Shown here in pieces: positions 27,111-37,501 of a stretch of 64,000 nt of DNA. The notes below the pieces were generated by a model that was not told the origin of the DNA, made no database searches, and saw only the letters and a program-made list of their open reading frames with translations. The stretch spans positions 32,001-96,000 of the forward strand of contig CBDHEC010000008.1 of the NCBI GenBank assembly GCA_965261975.1, given 5' to 3'. Numbering within the stretch: position 1 is the stretch's first letter; every line of letters begins with the position of its first letter. The stretch comes from Alphaproteobacteria bacterium. GTDB lineage: Bacteria; Pseudomonadota; Alphaproteobacteria; UBA6615. The translations under genes were made by a program, and so were the position numbers.

Positions 27111-28301
27111 ATGCCGGGCGTGCCGAACCGCACCATCGAAATTCTGGCCCACCTCGTCGGGTTCGACACGACATCCCACAAATCGAATCTCGAACTGATC
27201 GATTTCATCGAGGAGTATCTGGCGCGCCACGGCGTGAAGTCTCAACGTATCGAAAGCGATGACGGCAACAAGTCCAACCTGTTGGCCACGATCGGACCCG
27301 ACCGCGAAGGCGGCGTCGTGCTGTCGGGCCACACCGACGTGGTGCCGGTGACCGGCCAGGACTGGACCAGTGATCCCTTCGAGTTGACGGCCCGCAACGT
27401 CGACGGCGAAGCCCGCCAGTATGGGCGCGGTTCCGCGGACATGAAGGGTTTCATCGCCGCCGTGCTCGACAAGGTACCGGCACTGGCAGCGGCCGAGTTG
27501 CAAACACCGGTTCACATCGCGCTGTCTTACGACGAAGAGGTCGGCTGCCGGGGGGTCGGGCGGATGATCGCACGGCTTGGCGATGCCGTGCCGATGCCCG
27601 CGCTGGCGATTGTCGGCGAACCCACGTTGATGCAGATCGTTACGGCCCACAAGGGTATCCGCGGTTTCGAGACCGTATTCACGGGCGTCGCGGCCCACTC
27701 CAGCGCACCGCAGCTCGGCGCGAACGCCATCGGTTTCGCCGCTGAGTTCATCGCCTTCCTGTCCGACATGACCGCCGAAGCCGAGGCGGCCGCGATGCCG
27801 GAAAGCGGCTTCACCCCACCCTGGACCACCTTCAACATCGGCCAAATAGAAGGCGGCGAGGCGCTCAACATCATCGCCGAGCGCTGCAGCGTGTCCTGGG
27901 AATTCCGCCCCCTGCCCGAAGCCGATCCGGACGCGATCGAAGCGCGGGTGCGCCGCTATCTCGACGAGGAACTGCGCCCGCGAATCAAATCCGTCCACGC
28001 CGATGCCGATGTAGAGCTGTCGCCCCTCGCGGCCGTGCCGCCTCTGCGCGCCGATCCCGGTTCCGCGGCCGAACGGCTCGTACGCCACCTGACCGGTGCG
28101 AACGCGACCCACACGGCGGCCTATGTGGCCGATGCCAGCCAGTTCCAGCAGCATGGGATTCCCACGGTCCTGTGCGGCCCCGGAGACATCGCCCAGGCGC
28201 ATCAAGCCGATGAATGGATTGCCGAGAAGGAACTGGACGCTTGCGCGACGTTCCTGGAACGCTTGCAGGATTGGTGCGTATCCGGTGCGCCGGTCCCCTG
28301 A
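27111..28301 (+). CDS. argE: Acetylornithine deacetylase (M20)
   Basis: LSGHTDVVP, GRGSADMKGF, YDEEVGC, GEPT and AHQADE motifs. Confidence 0.9.
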   Translation: MPGVPNRTIEILAHLVGFDTTSHKSNLELIDFIEEYLARHGVKSQRIESDDGNKSNLLATIGPDREGGVVLSGHTDVVPVTGQDWTSDPFELTARNVDGEARQYGRGSADMKGFIAAVLDKVPALAAAELQTPVHIALSYDEEVGCRGVGRMIARLGDAVPMPALAIVGEPTLMQIVTAHKGIRGFETVFTGVAAHSSAPQLGANAIGFAAEFIAFLSDMTAEAEAAAMPESGFTPPWTTFNIGQIEGGEALNIIAERCSVSWEFRPLPEADPDAIEARVRRYLDEELRPRIKSVHADADVELSPLAAVPPLRADPGSAAERLVRHLTGANATHTAAYVADASQFQQHGIPTVLCGPGDIAQAHQADEWIAEKELDACATFLERLQDWCVSGAPVP

Positions 28302-28310
28302 GCGCCGACC

Positions 28311-28910
28311 CTAAGACGCCGGGAACAGAAACGGCTGCAGGAAGGAGCGAATGGCGGTTTCAAGTTCGCCGTTCATATCCATGACCAGGTTCTCGCTCAT
28401 CTGGAACCAGATTTTCTCGCGCTCGTTGAGCGACAAGCCCTCGATCACGGTACGGCTGCGCATTGCTTCCGCGCTCACATCGCCGCGGCGTCGGTTGTCA
28501 CCGCCATCCACGGAGATACGCACCAGCAGCTTGGCGTCATAACGCTCGGACTGATCCTTGGTAACGACACCGCGCACGCCGGGCGTCGGTGCCAGGTCTG
28601 TTTCGATGACGGCTGCATCGGCGATCGTGAAAACGATCCGTCCGCCACGGCCAACCGGCTTGAGCCGATCCATCGCCCAGCGACGCATGGCCGCCGCCGG
28701 CGACACCGGCATCAGATGTTCGACATTGGGGGCGGCGAAGGACGGTTTGAACTCATCCACGATCTCCAACGATGCGGCATCGAGCCGAATGGGCGGCAGA
28801 TGGTTGAAGGTCAGTTCCGGATACCGCGGGGCGGGTGACGGCGTCGTACAACCGGCAAGAATGAGGCCCGACAGCCCGACCAGCGCGGTACGCCTGTTTA
28901 ATCGATACAT
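28311..28910 (-). CDS. Hypothetical lipoprotein
   Basis: Signal peptide with LAGC lipobox; good codon usage. Confidence 0.75.
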   Translation of the reverse strand: MYRLNRRTALVGLSGLILAGCTTPSPAPRYPELTFNHLPPIRLDAASLEIVDEFKPSFAAPNVEHLMPVSPAAAMRRWAMDRLKPVGRGGRIVFTIADAAVIETDLAPTPGVRGVVTKDQSERYDAKLLVRISVDGGDNRRRGDVSAEAMRSRTVIEGLSLNEREKIWFQMSENLVMDMNGELETAIRSFLQPFLFPAS

Positions 28911-28952
28911 GAACCACCCTCCGCTGATGCCCGTAAATTGATCTCTAATAGA

Positions 28953-29969
28953 TCACCTAGCGGGAGATTCGGGCGATTCGATGACCGGGTTACCGGTTTC
29001 TCCGGAGGCTGCTTCCGCAGCCCGCGTTTCTACGGCCTCGGGGGTGAAGCTGTAGACCTCGCTGCAGAACTCGCAGGTCACCTCGAGATTGCCATCGACC
29101 GCCAGCTCGTAGAGATCTTCACGTGGCAACTGGACCAGAACATTGAACACCCGTTCCGACGAGCAACGACATCCCCGGGCAACCGATCGGGGGTCGGTTA
29201 CGCGCACGCCCTCCTCGTGGAAAAGACGAAACAGATAGCGCTCGGCGCTCAACGCGGGGTCCAGCATTTCGGTTTCGGTCCCCGTCGCCATCAGCATCAT
29301 CACCCGGCGCCAGGTGTCATCGCCATCATCGGACGGGAGCTGGATATTGGGATCGTCGGCGATCCGCTGCACCATAATGGCGCCGGCGCGCCACGTACCA
29401 TCCGGCCCCGTTCGGCCAGCCGACACGGTGATGGCGGCATCCATCTGCTGGGACTGGCGGAAATAATGCTGGGCGCATTCCGCCAGGGTCGCGCCGGTGA
29501 TCTCGACCATCCCCTGATAGCGATCGGTGTGCGTGCCCTGATCGACGGTGAGTGCGAAATACCCCTTGCCCAGAAGGCTGTCGCCAGCCGTGTGTGCCTC
29601 CAGCGCCTCTTCGTCATATTTCGCGTAACCACGCACCAGGTAACGTTCGGCCCCGTCGGTGGTCTGCACATCCGCCAAAAGCAGGGAAACCGGGCCGTCG
29701 CCCTGGATTTGCAGGGTGAATATCCCGTCGAACTTGAGTGCGCCCGCGAGTGTGGCACTCAGCGCCAACGCCTCCCCGAGGAGCGTCGCGACGGGTTCGG
29801 GATAATCGTGCCGGTTCAAGGCATCATCGACAGCATCGCCGAGCCGCGCCAGGCGGCCGCTCAGTTTCGCTTCGCCGTCTTCGCCGGAGTCCAGCTGGAA
29901 CGGCTGAATCAGATCATCAACCGGCCGGTTCGGGCCACGCCGATCGGGCTCACCCCCCGCATCAGGCAA
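28953..29969 (-). CDS. hslO: Hsp33 redox-regulated chaperone
   Basis: HDYPEPV, QIQGDGP, YQGMV and CRCS..CEFC zinc motif; follows argF; TTG start inferred. Confidence 0.93.
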   Translation of the reverse strand: MPDAGGEPDRRGPNRPVDDLIQPFQLDSGEDGEAKLSGRLARLGDAVDDALNRHDYPEPVATLLGEALALSATLAGALKFDGIFTLQIQGDGPVSLLLADVQTTDGAERYLVRGYAKYDEEALEAHTAGDSLLGKGYFALTVDQGTHTDRYQGMVEITGATLAECAQHYFRQSQQMDAAITVSAGRTGPDGTWRAGAIMVQRIADDPNIQLPSDDGDDTWRRVMMLMATGTETEMLDPALSAERYLFRLFHEEGVRVTDPRSVARGCRCSSERVFNVLVQLPREDLYELAVDGNLEVTCEFCSEVYSFTPEAVETRAAEAASGETGNPVIESPESPAR

Positions 29970-30882
29970 AGGCTGCACTCCCGAGCAAGCACCACAGAAG
30001 AATACCCTTCTGCGCATGGAGCCGGTTCCCGGCTTCCGTCCAGACAACGGATTGCGGGCCATCCACCACCTCGGCCGTTACCTCGTCGCCGCGATAGACC
30101 GGCAGACAATGCATGAACACCGCCCCGGGTCCGGCTTTCGCCATCAACGCCGCGTCGACCCGATACGGCGCGAGCAAGGCCCGGCGCTTGTCGGCCTCCT
30201 TGTCACCCATGGACACCCAGGTATCGGTGACCACACAATCCGCACCCGACACGGCGGCCACCGGATCGTCTCCGACGGAAATATTGCCGCCATTCGCCGC
30301 GGCCCAGTCGAGAATTTCCTGCGGCGGACGCAAATCTGCCGGTGACGCGACACGAAACTCGAAGCCGAAATGGACGGCGGCTTGAATCCAGGAATTCGCG
30401 ACATTGTTGCTGTCGCCGCTCCACGCGATCACCTTTCCGGCGATCGGGCCAACCTCTTCTTCGAAGGTCATGATGTCAGCCATGATCTGGCAGGGGTGCG
30501 ACCGGTCCGTCAGCCCGTTGATCAAGGGCACGGTTGCTGCGCCCGCCATCTCCTCGAGGTTCGCCACCGACGACGTCCGATACATGATGACATCGACATA
30601 CTGGGACAGAATGCGGGCTGTATCTGCCACGGTCTCGCCACGTCCGAGTTGGGAGCCGTTCGGCTCGAGCAGAATGACATTGCCTCCGAGGGTCTGCATC
30701 GCCACCTCGAAAGATACCCGGGTGCGTGTGCTGGGCTTTTCGAACACCATCGCAAGGGTCCGGTCGGCGAGCAGCGGCGTACGTTCGCCGGATGCCTTTA
30801 TCCGGGCGCTGACATCGATGATGTCCCGCAATATGGCGGCGTCGATCTGATCCAGATCGAGAAAATTCCGGAGCTCAGGCAT
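29962..30882 (-). CDS. argF: Ornithine carbamoyltransferase
   Basis: FEKPSTRTR, HPCQ, TDTWVSMG and HCLP motifs. Confidence 0.97.
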   Translation of the reverse strand: MPELRNFLDLDQIDAAILRDIIDVSARIKASGERTPLLADRTLAMVFEKPSTRTRVSFEVAMQTLGGNVILLEPNGSQLGRGETVADTARILSQYVDVIMYRTSSVANLEEMAGAATVPLINGLTDRSHPCQIMADIMTFEEEVGPIAGKVIAWSGDSNNVANSWIQAAVHFGFEFRVASPADLRPPQEILDWAAANGGNISVGDDPVAAVSGADCVVTDTWVSMGDKEADKRRALLAPYRVDAALMAKAGPGAVFMHCLPVYRGDEVTAEVVDGPQSVVWTEAGNRLHAQKGILLWCLLGSAAFA

Positions 30883-32062
30883 CGCCGGCACTTGCGAGTG
30901 CAGCGCAAGCCTTTTCGATGGCATCGATCGCTTCGGCGATCTCGTTCTCGCCGATGATCAGCGGCGGCAGCATGCGCAAGACGTTCTCCCCAGCCACGAC
31001 CGTGAGCAAACCTTCATCACGCGCCGCATCGCCCAGCTGCCCGTTGGTGAAGGACGGGTCGACGACCATCCCGATCATCAGTCCCTGGCCGCGCACATCG
31101 GTTATGATTCCCGGATACCGGCCTGAGATATCGCGCAACCCTGCCCGCAGGGCATCACCCGAGCGAACGACATTGTCGAGGAAACCCTCGCCGGTCAGCA
31201 CATCAAGGTTCGCATTCGCCACGGCCATCGCCAGCGGATTGCCACCGAAGGTGCTGCCATGGGATCCCGCCGTCATGGCGGACGCAACCGCATCGGTCGC
31301 CAGCACCGCACCGCACGGGAAACCACCCGCGATGCCCTTTGCACACGCCATTACATCGGGGGTCACACCGGACCATTCATGGGCGAAAAGCTTGCCGGTC
31401 CGGCCAAACCCGGTCTGGACCTCGTCGAAGACCAGGAGCAGCCCGAACTCATCTGCAGCGGCACGCAGGTCACGCAGATAGGATTCCTCGAGGGGCCGCA
31501 GTCCACCTTCACCCTGGATCGGCTCGGCGACGATCGCGCCCGTCTCCGGCGTGATCGCGTCGCGCAGCGCATTCATGTTGTGGACCGGCACAATATCGAA
31601 CCCATCTGCCGGGTCACCGAAACCGTCCAGATGCTTGGGATTCTTGGATGCCGAAAGCATGGCGATCGTCCGCCCGTGGAACGAACCCTCGAGGGTAATC
31701 GAGCGCCATTTCTCCGGCTGACCGTTCTGGGCATGGAACCGCCGGGCCGCCTTGATCGAACCCTCCATCGCTTCCGTGCCGGAATTACAGAAAAACACGC
31801 CGTCGGCAAAGGACAGCGCACACAGACGTTCGGCCATCCGGACCTGATCGGGAATGGCGTAGAGGTTGGACACATGCCAAAGCCGTTCGGCCTGGTCCTT
31901 CAACGCGTTCACCAGCGCCGGGTGACTGTGACCCAGTGAATTCACGGCAATGCCGGCCGCGAAATCGAGATAGCGTCGGCCATCCGTGTCGAACAAATAG
32001 GCGCCTTCGCCCCGCTCGAACGAGACGGTCGGATAACCGTAATTCGGCATCACCGCATTCAT
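30875..32062 (-). CDS. argD: Acetylornithine aminotransferase
   Basis: FHGRT, EPIQGEGG, DEVQTGFGRTG, AKG and HGSTFGGNP motifs; argD-argF-hslO synteny. Confidence 0.95.
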   Translation of the reverse strand: MNAVMPNYGYPTVSFERGEGAYLFDTDGRRYLDFAAGIAVNSLGHSHPALVNALKDQAERLWHVSNLYAIPDQVRMAERLCALSFADGVFFCNSGTEAMEGSIKAARRFHAQNGQPEKWRSITLEGSFHGRTIAMLSASKNPKHLDGFGDPADGFDIVPVHNMNALRDAITPETGAIVAEPIQGEGGLRPLEESYLRDLRAAADEFGLLLVFDEVQTGFGRTGKLFAHEWSGVTPDVMACAKGIAGGFPCGAVLATDAVASAMTAGSHGSTFGGNPLAMAVANANLDVLTGEGFLDNVVRSGDALRAGLRDISGRYPGIITDVRGQGLMIGMVVDPSFTNGQLGDAARDEGLLTVVAGENVLRMLPPLIIGENEIAEAIDAIEKACAALASAGDA

Positions 32063-32167
32063 GATCTCAATCTCCAAACTCGCCGATACGCGCGGCGCCC
32101 AAATGCGCCCGCGAAAAAGGCGGTGACTATCGAAAAAGGCGCTGCGGAAGTCAACGGCGCAGGAGCC

Positions 32168-32989
32168 CTAGGTCTTCATCCTGTAACCCGCTGCAAACAG
32201 CCGATACACGATGATCCAGAGAACCAAGATCACGGCAATGCACACGCCCGCACCGACCCAGGGATTCGCATCCGCGCGGCCGGTGATCGCGAATCGGATC
32301 CCGTCGACGATGTAGAAGACCGGGTTGGCCCGGGCAAATGGCTGTGCCGCGGCCGACAGCTCATCGATCGAAAAGAACACGCCCGACAGGAAAACAAAGG
32401 GCATGAAAATGAAGGTCTGCACGGATTCCAGATAGTCCCATTTACGTGCCCAAAGGCCGGTGATCTGGCTGAACAGCCCGATCATCAGGGCACCAATCGC
32501 GATAAAGAACACCAGGGTCAGGAGCGACACAGGTACCGCACCGCCCACCAGCAGCAACGCGGCCCAGACGACAGCGCCCACGATGAGGCTCGCCGAGACC
32601 GACGCCGCCGCGTAGCCAAACACGATCTCGCCCGGCGTGAGCGGCAGCATGGCCAGATCCACGAATATCCCTTCATTCTTGTCGTAGACGATGGAGAAGG
32701 CGCTGGACTGGAATGACCGTTCCAGCGCAGCCACCGCAACGAGACCCGGCAGGAGGAAATCGATGAAGGGCATGCCGCCCATCATGGCGCCCGGCCGGTC
32801 GATCGCCAGCCCGAACACGCCGGCGAAAAGCAGTGCACGGACCGTCGGTGCCGCCAGGGTGATGCCCCAGATTTTGAACCCGCGCAGCATCTCGCGCATA
32901 TACATCGTCGCCAGGCCACGATAATTGACGACGCCAAAACGGCGCGCGACCGGCCGGCCACCAAGGATTATGCCTTCGCGCGAGGACAT
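32168..32989 (-). CDS. ABC-2 type transporter permease (YadH-like), divergent paralogue
   Basis: FLLPGL, FLSGVFFS and NPVFYIVDGIR motifs. Confidence 0.87.
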   Translation of the reverse strand: MSSREGIILGGRPVARRFGVVNYRGLATMYMREMLRGFKIWGITLAAPTVRALLFAGVFGLAIDRPGAMMGGMPFIDFLLPGLVAVAALERSFQSSAFSIVYDKNEGIFVDLAMLPLTPGEIVFGYAAASVSASLIVGAVVWAALLLVGGAVPVSLLTLVFFIAIGALMIGLFSQITGLWARKWDYLESVQTFIFMPFVFLSGVFFSIDELSAAAQPFARANPVFYIVDGIRFAITGRADANPWVGAGVCIAVILVLWIIVYRLFAAGYRMKT

Positions 32990-32996
32990 CGCGCGC

Positions 32997-33815
32997 TCAG
33001 GATTTGAGTTTGTAGCCGGTGACGAGCATGCGGTAGACAATCAGGAACAACACCAGGTCGGTGCCAAGCATCACGGCGGCGCCGAGCCAGAAGCCGGCGT
33101 CCCCCTGCCCGATGAATCCGTAACGGAAGCCGTCGATGGCATAAAAGAACGGGTTGAACTGAGCGAAGTATTGCCACGCTTCGGGCAGCCGCTCGATCGA
33201 GTAAAACGTGCCCGACAGGAACGAGAGCGGCACGATGACGAAGTTCGTGATCGCAGCCATATGGTCGAACTTGTCGGCCCAGATCCCGCCGATCATCCCG
33301 AGCAACGCCAGCATGACCGAGGCCGACAGCGCGAAAAAGGCGATCGCCGCAGGATACGCGAACGGCAGGTCGACCAGAAAAAACATCGCCGTGGTCGATG
33401 CAGCCGCAACGATCATGCCTCGGGTCACACCGCCGGCGATATACGAACACATCATCTCAAGCGGGCTGATCGGCGGCATCAGCACATCCACGATATTGCC
33501 CTGCACCTTCGAGACCATGATCGAGGATGACGTGTTGGCGAAGGAGTTCTGCAGAATCGTCATCATGATCAGGCCCGGAGCCAGAAACACGACAAATGGC
33601 ACCGACCCGACCGTACCGACGCGATTTTCGAGCGCCACGCTGAAGATGGTGTAGAACAATAACGTGGTGACAACGGGGGCTGCTATGGTTTGGGTGAACA
33701 CCTTCAGAAAGCGTTTGACCTCGCGGTGATACAGCGTCCACACACCCCGCCGGTTCACGTAGCCGAAACTGCGCACGCGCGGCGCCGTGCTCGTACCTGC
33801 CCGGCCCCTCGTCAT
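32997..33815 (-). CDS. ABC-2 type transporter permease (YadH-like)
   Basis: REVKRF..QTIAAP, FLAPGL, FLSGTFYS and NPFFYAIDGFR motifs; start uncertain. Confidence 0.9.
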   Translation of the reverse strand: MTRGRAGTSTAPRVRSFGYVNRRGVWTLYHREVKRFLKVFTQTIAAPVVTTLLFYTIFSVALENRVGTVGSVPFVVFLAPGLIMMTILQNSFANTSSSIMVSKVQGNIVDVLMPPISPLEMMCSYIAGGVTRGMIVAAASTTAMFFLVDLPFAYPAAIAFFALSASVMLALLGMIGGIWADKFDHMAAITNFVIVPLSFLSGTFYSIERLPEAWQYFAQFNPFFYAIDGFRYGFIGQGDAGFWLGAAVMLGTDLVLFLIVYRMLVTGYKLKS

Positions 33816-33883
33816 TTCCGTCATACCCGTTTCCATGGGGCGGAACTTATGCGCGTGACCGGCACACGGCAAGCGGCGGGCCG

Positions 33884-34522
33884 ATGAGCGACGAACAGAC
33901 GAATGACGAGTTTCCGACGGAAGAGCGCGCCGTCAGCGGACGCGACGGCAAACCGCGCCGCAAGCCCAAGCCCGCGACCCAGGAACGCCTGCGCAAGGCC
34001 GCCCTGTCCTATATCGATCGCTACGCCACCTCGGCGGCCAACCTGCACGAAGTTCTGATGCGCCGGGTCCGCAGGTCGACGCGCCTGCACGGCACAGACA
34101 TGGAAGAAGCCACACGGTGGGCAGACGACATCGTCGCGGACTTCGTCCAACGAAAGCTGGTGAACGACAGATTATACGCCGAGAACCGGGCAGCGAGCCT
34201 GCATCGGTCCGGTGCCTCGAGGCGCAAGATCGAGATGTCCCTGAAGATGAAGGGCGTCGGCCAAAGCGATATCGCGGCCGCCATGCTGGCGTTGGAAGAA
34301 TCCGACCCGGACGCCGAGTTCACGGCCGCGTGCCGTCATGCCCAGCGCCGCCGCCTCGGCCCGTGGCGGCGCGACGACCGGGACGCACGGCGCGACCGCG
34401 ATCTCGCGGCGATGGCTCGCGCGGGTTTCGGATACCGATTGGCAAGCCACGTAATCGATGCGACTGACACCGAGGCCCTGGAAGACGAGGCGGTGCGACG
34501 CGCGGAAGAACGCCGGGGCTAG
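33884..34522 (+). CDS. recX: RecX family regulator
   Basis: ALSYIDRYATS..NL..VL.RR, ND..YA, RRRLGPW and ARAGF pattern of alphaproteobacterial RecX. Confidence 0.82.
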   Translation: MSDEQTNDEFPTEERAVSGRDGKPRRKPKPATQERLRKAALSYIDRYATSAANLHEVLMRRVRRSTRLHGTDMEEATRWADDIVADFVQRKLVNDRLYAENRAASLHRSGASRRKIEMSLKMKGVGQSDIAAAMLALEESDPDAEFTAACRHAQRRRLGPWRRDDRDARRDRDLAAMARAGFGYRLASHVIDATDTEALEDEAVRRAEERRG

Positions 34523-35748
34523 CCCTCGCCGTCTCCCGACACGTTACCGACAGCGGCGGCGGCCTGAACGGCGGCGGATGCCGACGGCGTGTCGACGGGT
34601 TCATCGGGCGGGGTGTAGGTCTCCGGACCGCTGCCGGGCAACGCCTCGACATAGAGTGAGCGGCTCGGGAAAGCGAAACCGGAGCCCGCGCCCTCGACGA
34701 TGGCCTTGATCCGGTAGGCGAGCGCTTCCTTGATCACCAGCCATTCGCCCCAGTTTGTGGTCTTGGTGAAGCAGTAGACCATGATGTCGATGCTGCTGTC
34801 GTTGAAGCTGTCGATACGCACGAAGGTGGCGACATCCTTGGGGTCTGCGAAGGCCTCGTCGCCAATGATATAGGCCTCGATCCCCTCGCGAATTTCGCGC
34901 AGCTGGGCCGCCGAGGTGTCGTAGAGCACGCCGATCTTCCAGTAGATGCGCCGATGGGTCATCTCCGAGAAATTGATTACCGCGGTGTCGGCGAGCTTTG
35001 CATTGGGCACCTGGACGGCCGCCTTGTCGAACTGGCGTACCATCGTCGAGCGGAAGCCGATTGTCTCAACCGTGCCTTCGACGACACCGTCCACCTTGAT
35101 CCAGTCCCCGGGACGGAACCGCTTCTCGCCAAGGATCAGCACACCCGACAACAGGTTCTTGAACAGATCCTGCGCCGCCAGGGCGCCCGCCAGGCCAAAC
35201 AGGCCAAGCCCGGCGATGAGCGGCCCGATCTCGATGCCCCATAATTCGAGAATGGCCGCCGCGCCAATCAACCCGAGCACCAGCTTCATTGCCTTGATGA
35301 TCCACGCGACCATCGTGACCGACAGAACGTCGCGCAAGTTCGAGAATATCCGCGACATGGGTTCGACCAGCGCGATCACCCCCCAGAAGAGGGTGAGAAC
35401 GATCAGGGATTCGGTCACCCGCAACGCGATCCTGTCGAACGTGCCGGTCAACTGAAGCATCTCGGTCACGATGAAGAAGCCCAGAACGATCGGCGCAAAC
35501 CGAAGCGGCTTCTCGAGAGAATCGATCATCTGGTCGTCGACGGTGTTCCGCGTCTTGCGGGCCAGCCGCTTGAGCCATCCGATGAAAAAGCGCGCGAAAA
35601 TCCCGCGCAAGACCAGGAGCAGCGCGAAAACGAACATCGCGACCAGAATGCGCCCGAAACTCGTGCCGAAAGCCGTGTCACGGAGCACGTCCACGGTCAG
35701 CTTCCAGAAATCAACCAGCGAGGCCCAGAACTCGGTCGCGAATTCCAT
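34519..35748 (-). CDS. MscS family mechanosensitive channel
   Basis: AGLG..GLA.ALAAQD, GDWI, GTVE.IGFRST and VPN motifs; C-terminal domain complete. Confidence 0.92.
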   Translation of the reverse strand: MEFATEFWASLVDFWKLTVDVLRDTAFGTSFGRILVAMFVFALLLVLRGIFARFFIGWLKRLARKTRNTVDDQMIDSLEKPLRFAPIVLGFFIVTEMLQLTGTFDRIALRVTESLIVLTLFWGVIALVEPMSRIFSNLRDVLSVTMVAWIIKAMKLVLGLIGAAAILELWGIEIGPLIAGLGLFGLAGALAAQDLFKNLLSGVLILGEKRFRPGDWIKVDGVVEGTVETIGFRSTMVRQFDKAAVQVPNAKLADTAVINFSEMTHRRIYWKIGVLYDTSAAQLREIREGIEAYIIGDEAFADPKDVATFVRIDSFNDSSIDIMVYCFTKTTNWGEWLVIKEALAYRIKAIVEGAGSGFAFPSRSLYVEALPGSGPETYTPPDEPVDTPSASAAVQAAAAVGNVSGDGEG

Positions 35749-35843
35749 TTTCAATAACCCGTACAACGTTCAACGATTGGCGACGCACACGCTACGGTTC
35801 AGCGAGAAAATGTCAATTCGCAGATCATGTGGGCAGGGTCGGA

Positions 35844-36521
35844 TCAGCGGTGAACGCGGATGATAATCCGGCGGTTCTTCGCCTGGCTCTCGGGCAGCGG
35901 GTTGCCCGTGGCATCACGGTTCGGGACCTTCGGCTGGGTCTCGGCAAACGCGACAGCGCGCATCCGATGGACGGGGATATCAACATCGCTGAACAACCGC
36001 ACGACATTGGTCGCGCGCGCTGCGGACAGTTCCCAGTTCGACGCGAAACGGTCATTGGAAATCGGGTTGTCGTCCGTATGACCTTCCACGGCAATCTTGA
36101 ACTTGCTGTAGACCGGTGAACGCAACGCGTCTGCCACGCTCTCGAGGATCGGGCGTGCCTCGGGCCGCAATATCGCCGCGCCCGGTTGATAGAACGCGTT
36201 CGCCGCCAGCTCGAGCACGATACCGCGCTCGAAAGTGTCGATGCGCACCGCATCGGCAACGCCGAGGGAATCGACCAGTGTATCCAGTTCAGCACGAAGT
36301 TGTGCTGCCGGCCGCGTGATCGAGCGCTGGCCGAGGTCGCGTGCAATGCCGGCCTTCACTTGCTCGAAGGTCAGCATATCGACCTTCGAGAAACTCACCA
36401 GCATGACGAAAAACGCCAGCAACAGCGTCATGGCGTCGGCGAAGGTCAGCAGCCATGCGTTGTCACCATCCGACTCGGTCTGACGCAGCGGGCGGTAGAA
36501 GGATTTGCGGGGGCCGAGCAT
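35844..36521 (-). CDS. motB: MotB/PomB-type stator subunit
   Basis: WLLTFADAMTLLLAFFVML TM segment with the conserved Asp; OmpA-like EGHTD, NWELSAARA and NRR. Confidence 0.88.
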   Translation of the reverse strand: MLGPRKSFYRPLRQTESDGDNAWLLTFADAMTLLLAFFVMLVSFSKVDMLTFEQVKAGIARDLGQRSITRPAAQLRAELDTLVDSLGVADAVRIDTFERGIVLELAANAFYQPGAAILRPEARPILESVADALRSPVYSKFKIAVEGHTDDNPISNDRFASNWELSAARATNVVRLFSDVDIPVHRMRAVAFAETQPKVPNRDATGNPLPESQAKNRRIIIRVHR

Positions 36522-36529
36522 TTCCTGCC

Positions 36530-37396
36530 TCAGGCAGCCGCGCCGGCAGGTTTTGCCTTGCCCTTGGCGGGCGTGTCGGCGGGCTTGCCACCCGGCCGGC
36601 CTTTGAGTTGCCGGTCGATATCGTAACGGATGGTCGGGTCGAGATAGCTGTTCATATGATCCTGGATGACCCGCGGGCTCGCCTTGTCCGCCAGCATCGA
36701 AAGACCTTCGACGATCATATAGTTGCGGAAGCGGAAAATTTCCTCGCGCTGCTGGAGCTTCGCTGCGGCGGGTGCGAACACCAGGCGGGCAAGCATGATC
36801 CCGTAGAGCGTCGTGACCAGCGCAACGGCCAGTCCGGCACCGATCTGGCCTGGGTCATCGCCCATGCTGTCGAGCATGATAATCAGGCCGATCAGCGTGC
36901 CGACCATCCCGAACGCGGGCGCGGCTGTCGCCATGCTGCGCAACACCTGCGCGCCGACCATGTTTCGCTCATAGGTCGATTCGATCACGTTGCCGAGGAT
37001 CGACTGAACTTTCGCACCGTCATATTCCGAGGTGAGAAGTTCCACGCCGAAACGCAGGAAACCACCGTCCCAGCCGGGAGTCTTCTTGGCTTCGGCATCA
37101 AGGCTGACGATGCCTTCCTTCTGGACCAGGTAGGCCCAGCGAATGACCCGGCCAACCTCGGCATTCAGACGCGAGCGACCCCGGCGGTCGATCCTGAAAG
37201 CGCGCATAATGCCGCGCAGTCCAGCGAACACATAGGTGTACTCGTAGCTGATGAAGGTGGATGCAAGGGTCCCGCCGAGCACGAGGATCGCGCCCGCGCC
37301 ACTCAGGAACACGTAGTAGTTGTTCGTGCTCAGGGCGATCGCCGCAATGAAAAGGCCAAAGCCGACCAGAACGGCGACGAGTGTGTTCAGTGACAT
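36530..37396 (-). CDS. motA: MotA/PomA-type stator subunit
   Basis: LVLGGT, APAFGMVGTLIGL and ALVTTLYG motifs; adjacent to motB. Confidence 0.87.
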   Translation of the reverse strand: MSLNTLVAVLVGFGLFIAAIALSTNNYYVFLSGAGAILVLGGTLASTFISYEYTYVFAGLRGIMRAFRIDRRGRSRLNAEVGRVIRWAYLVQKEGIVSLDAEAKKTPGWDGGFLRFGVELLTSEYDGAKVQSILGNVIESTYERNMVGAQVLRSMATAAPAFGMVGTLIGLIIMLDSMGDDPGQIGAGLAVALVTTLYGIMLARLVFAPAAAKLQQREEIFRFRNYMIVEGLSMLADKASPRVIQDHMNSYLDPTIRYDIDRQLKGRPGGKPADTPAKGKAKPAGAAA

Positions 37397-37501
37397 GGAA
37401 ACCTTCCCGCATGGCCGGAAGATCACCTTCCGGCACTGGCGAACAGGTTATGCGCAGCGAATTGAAAAACGGTTAATACCCGAAAAACGGGTAGATCCCC
37501 G

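Noticed and set aside
35844-37396. Zorya ZorAB anti-phage motor
   Set aside because: MotA has normal length with no long cytoplasmic tail, and no zorC/D/E genes are adjacent.
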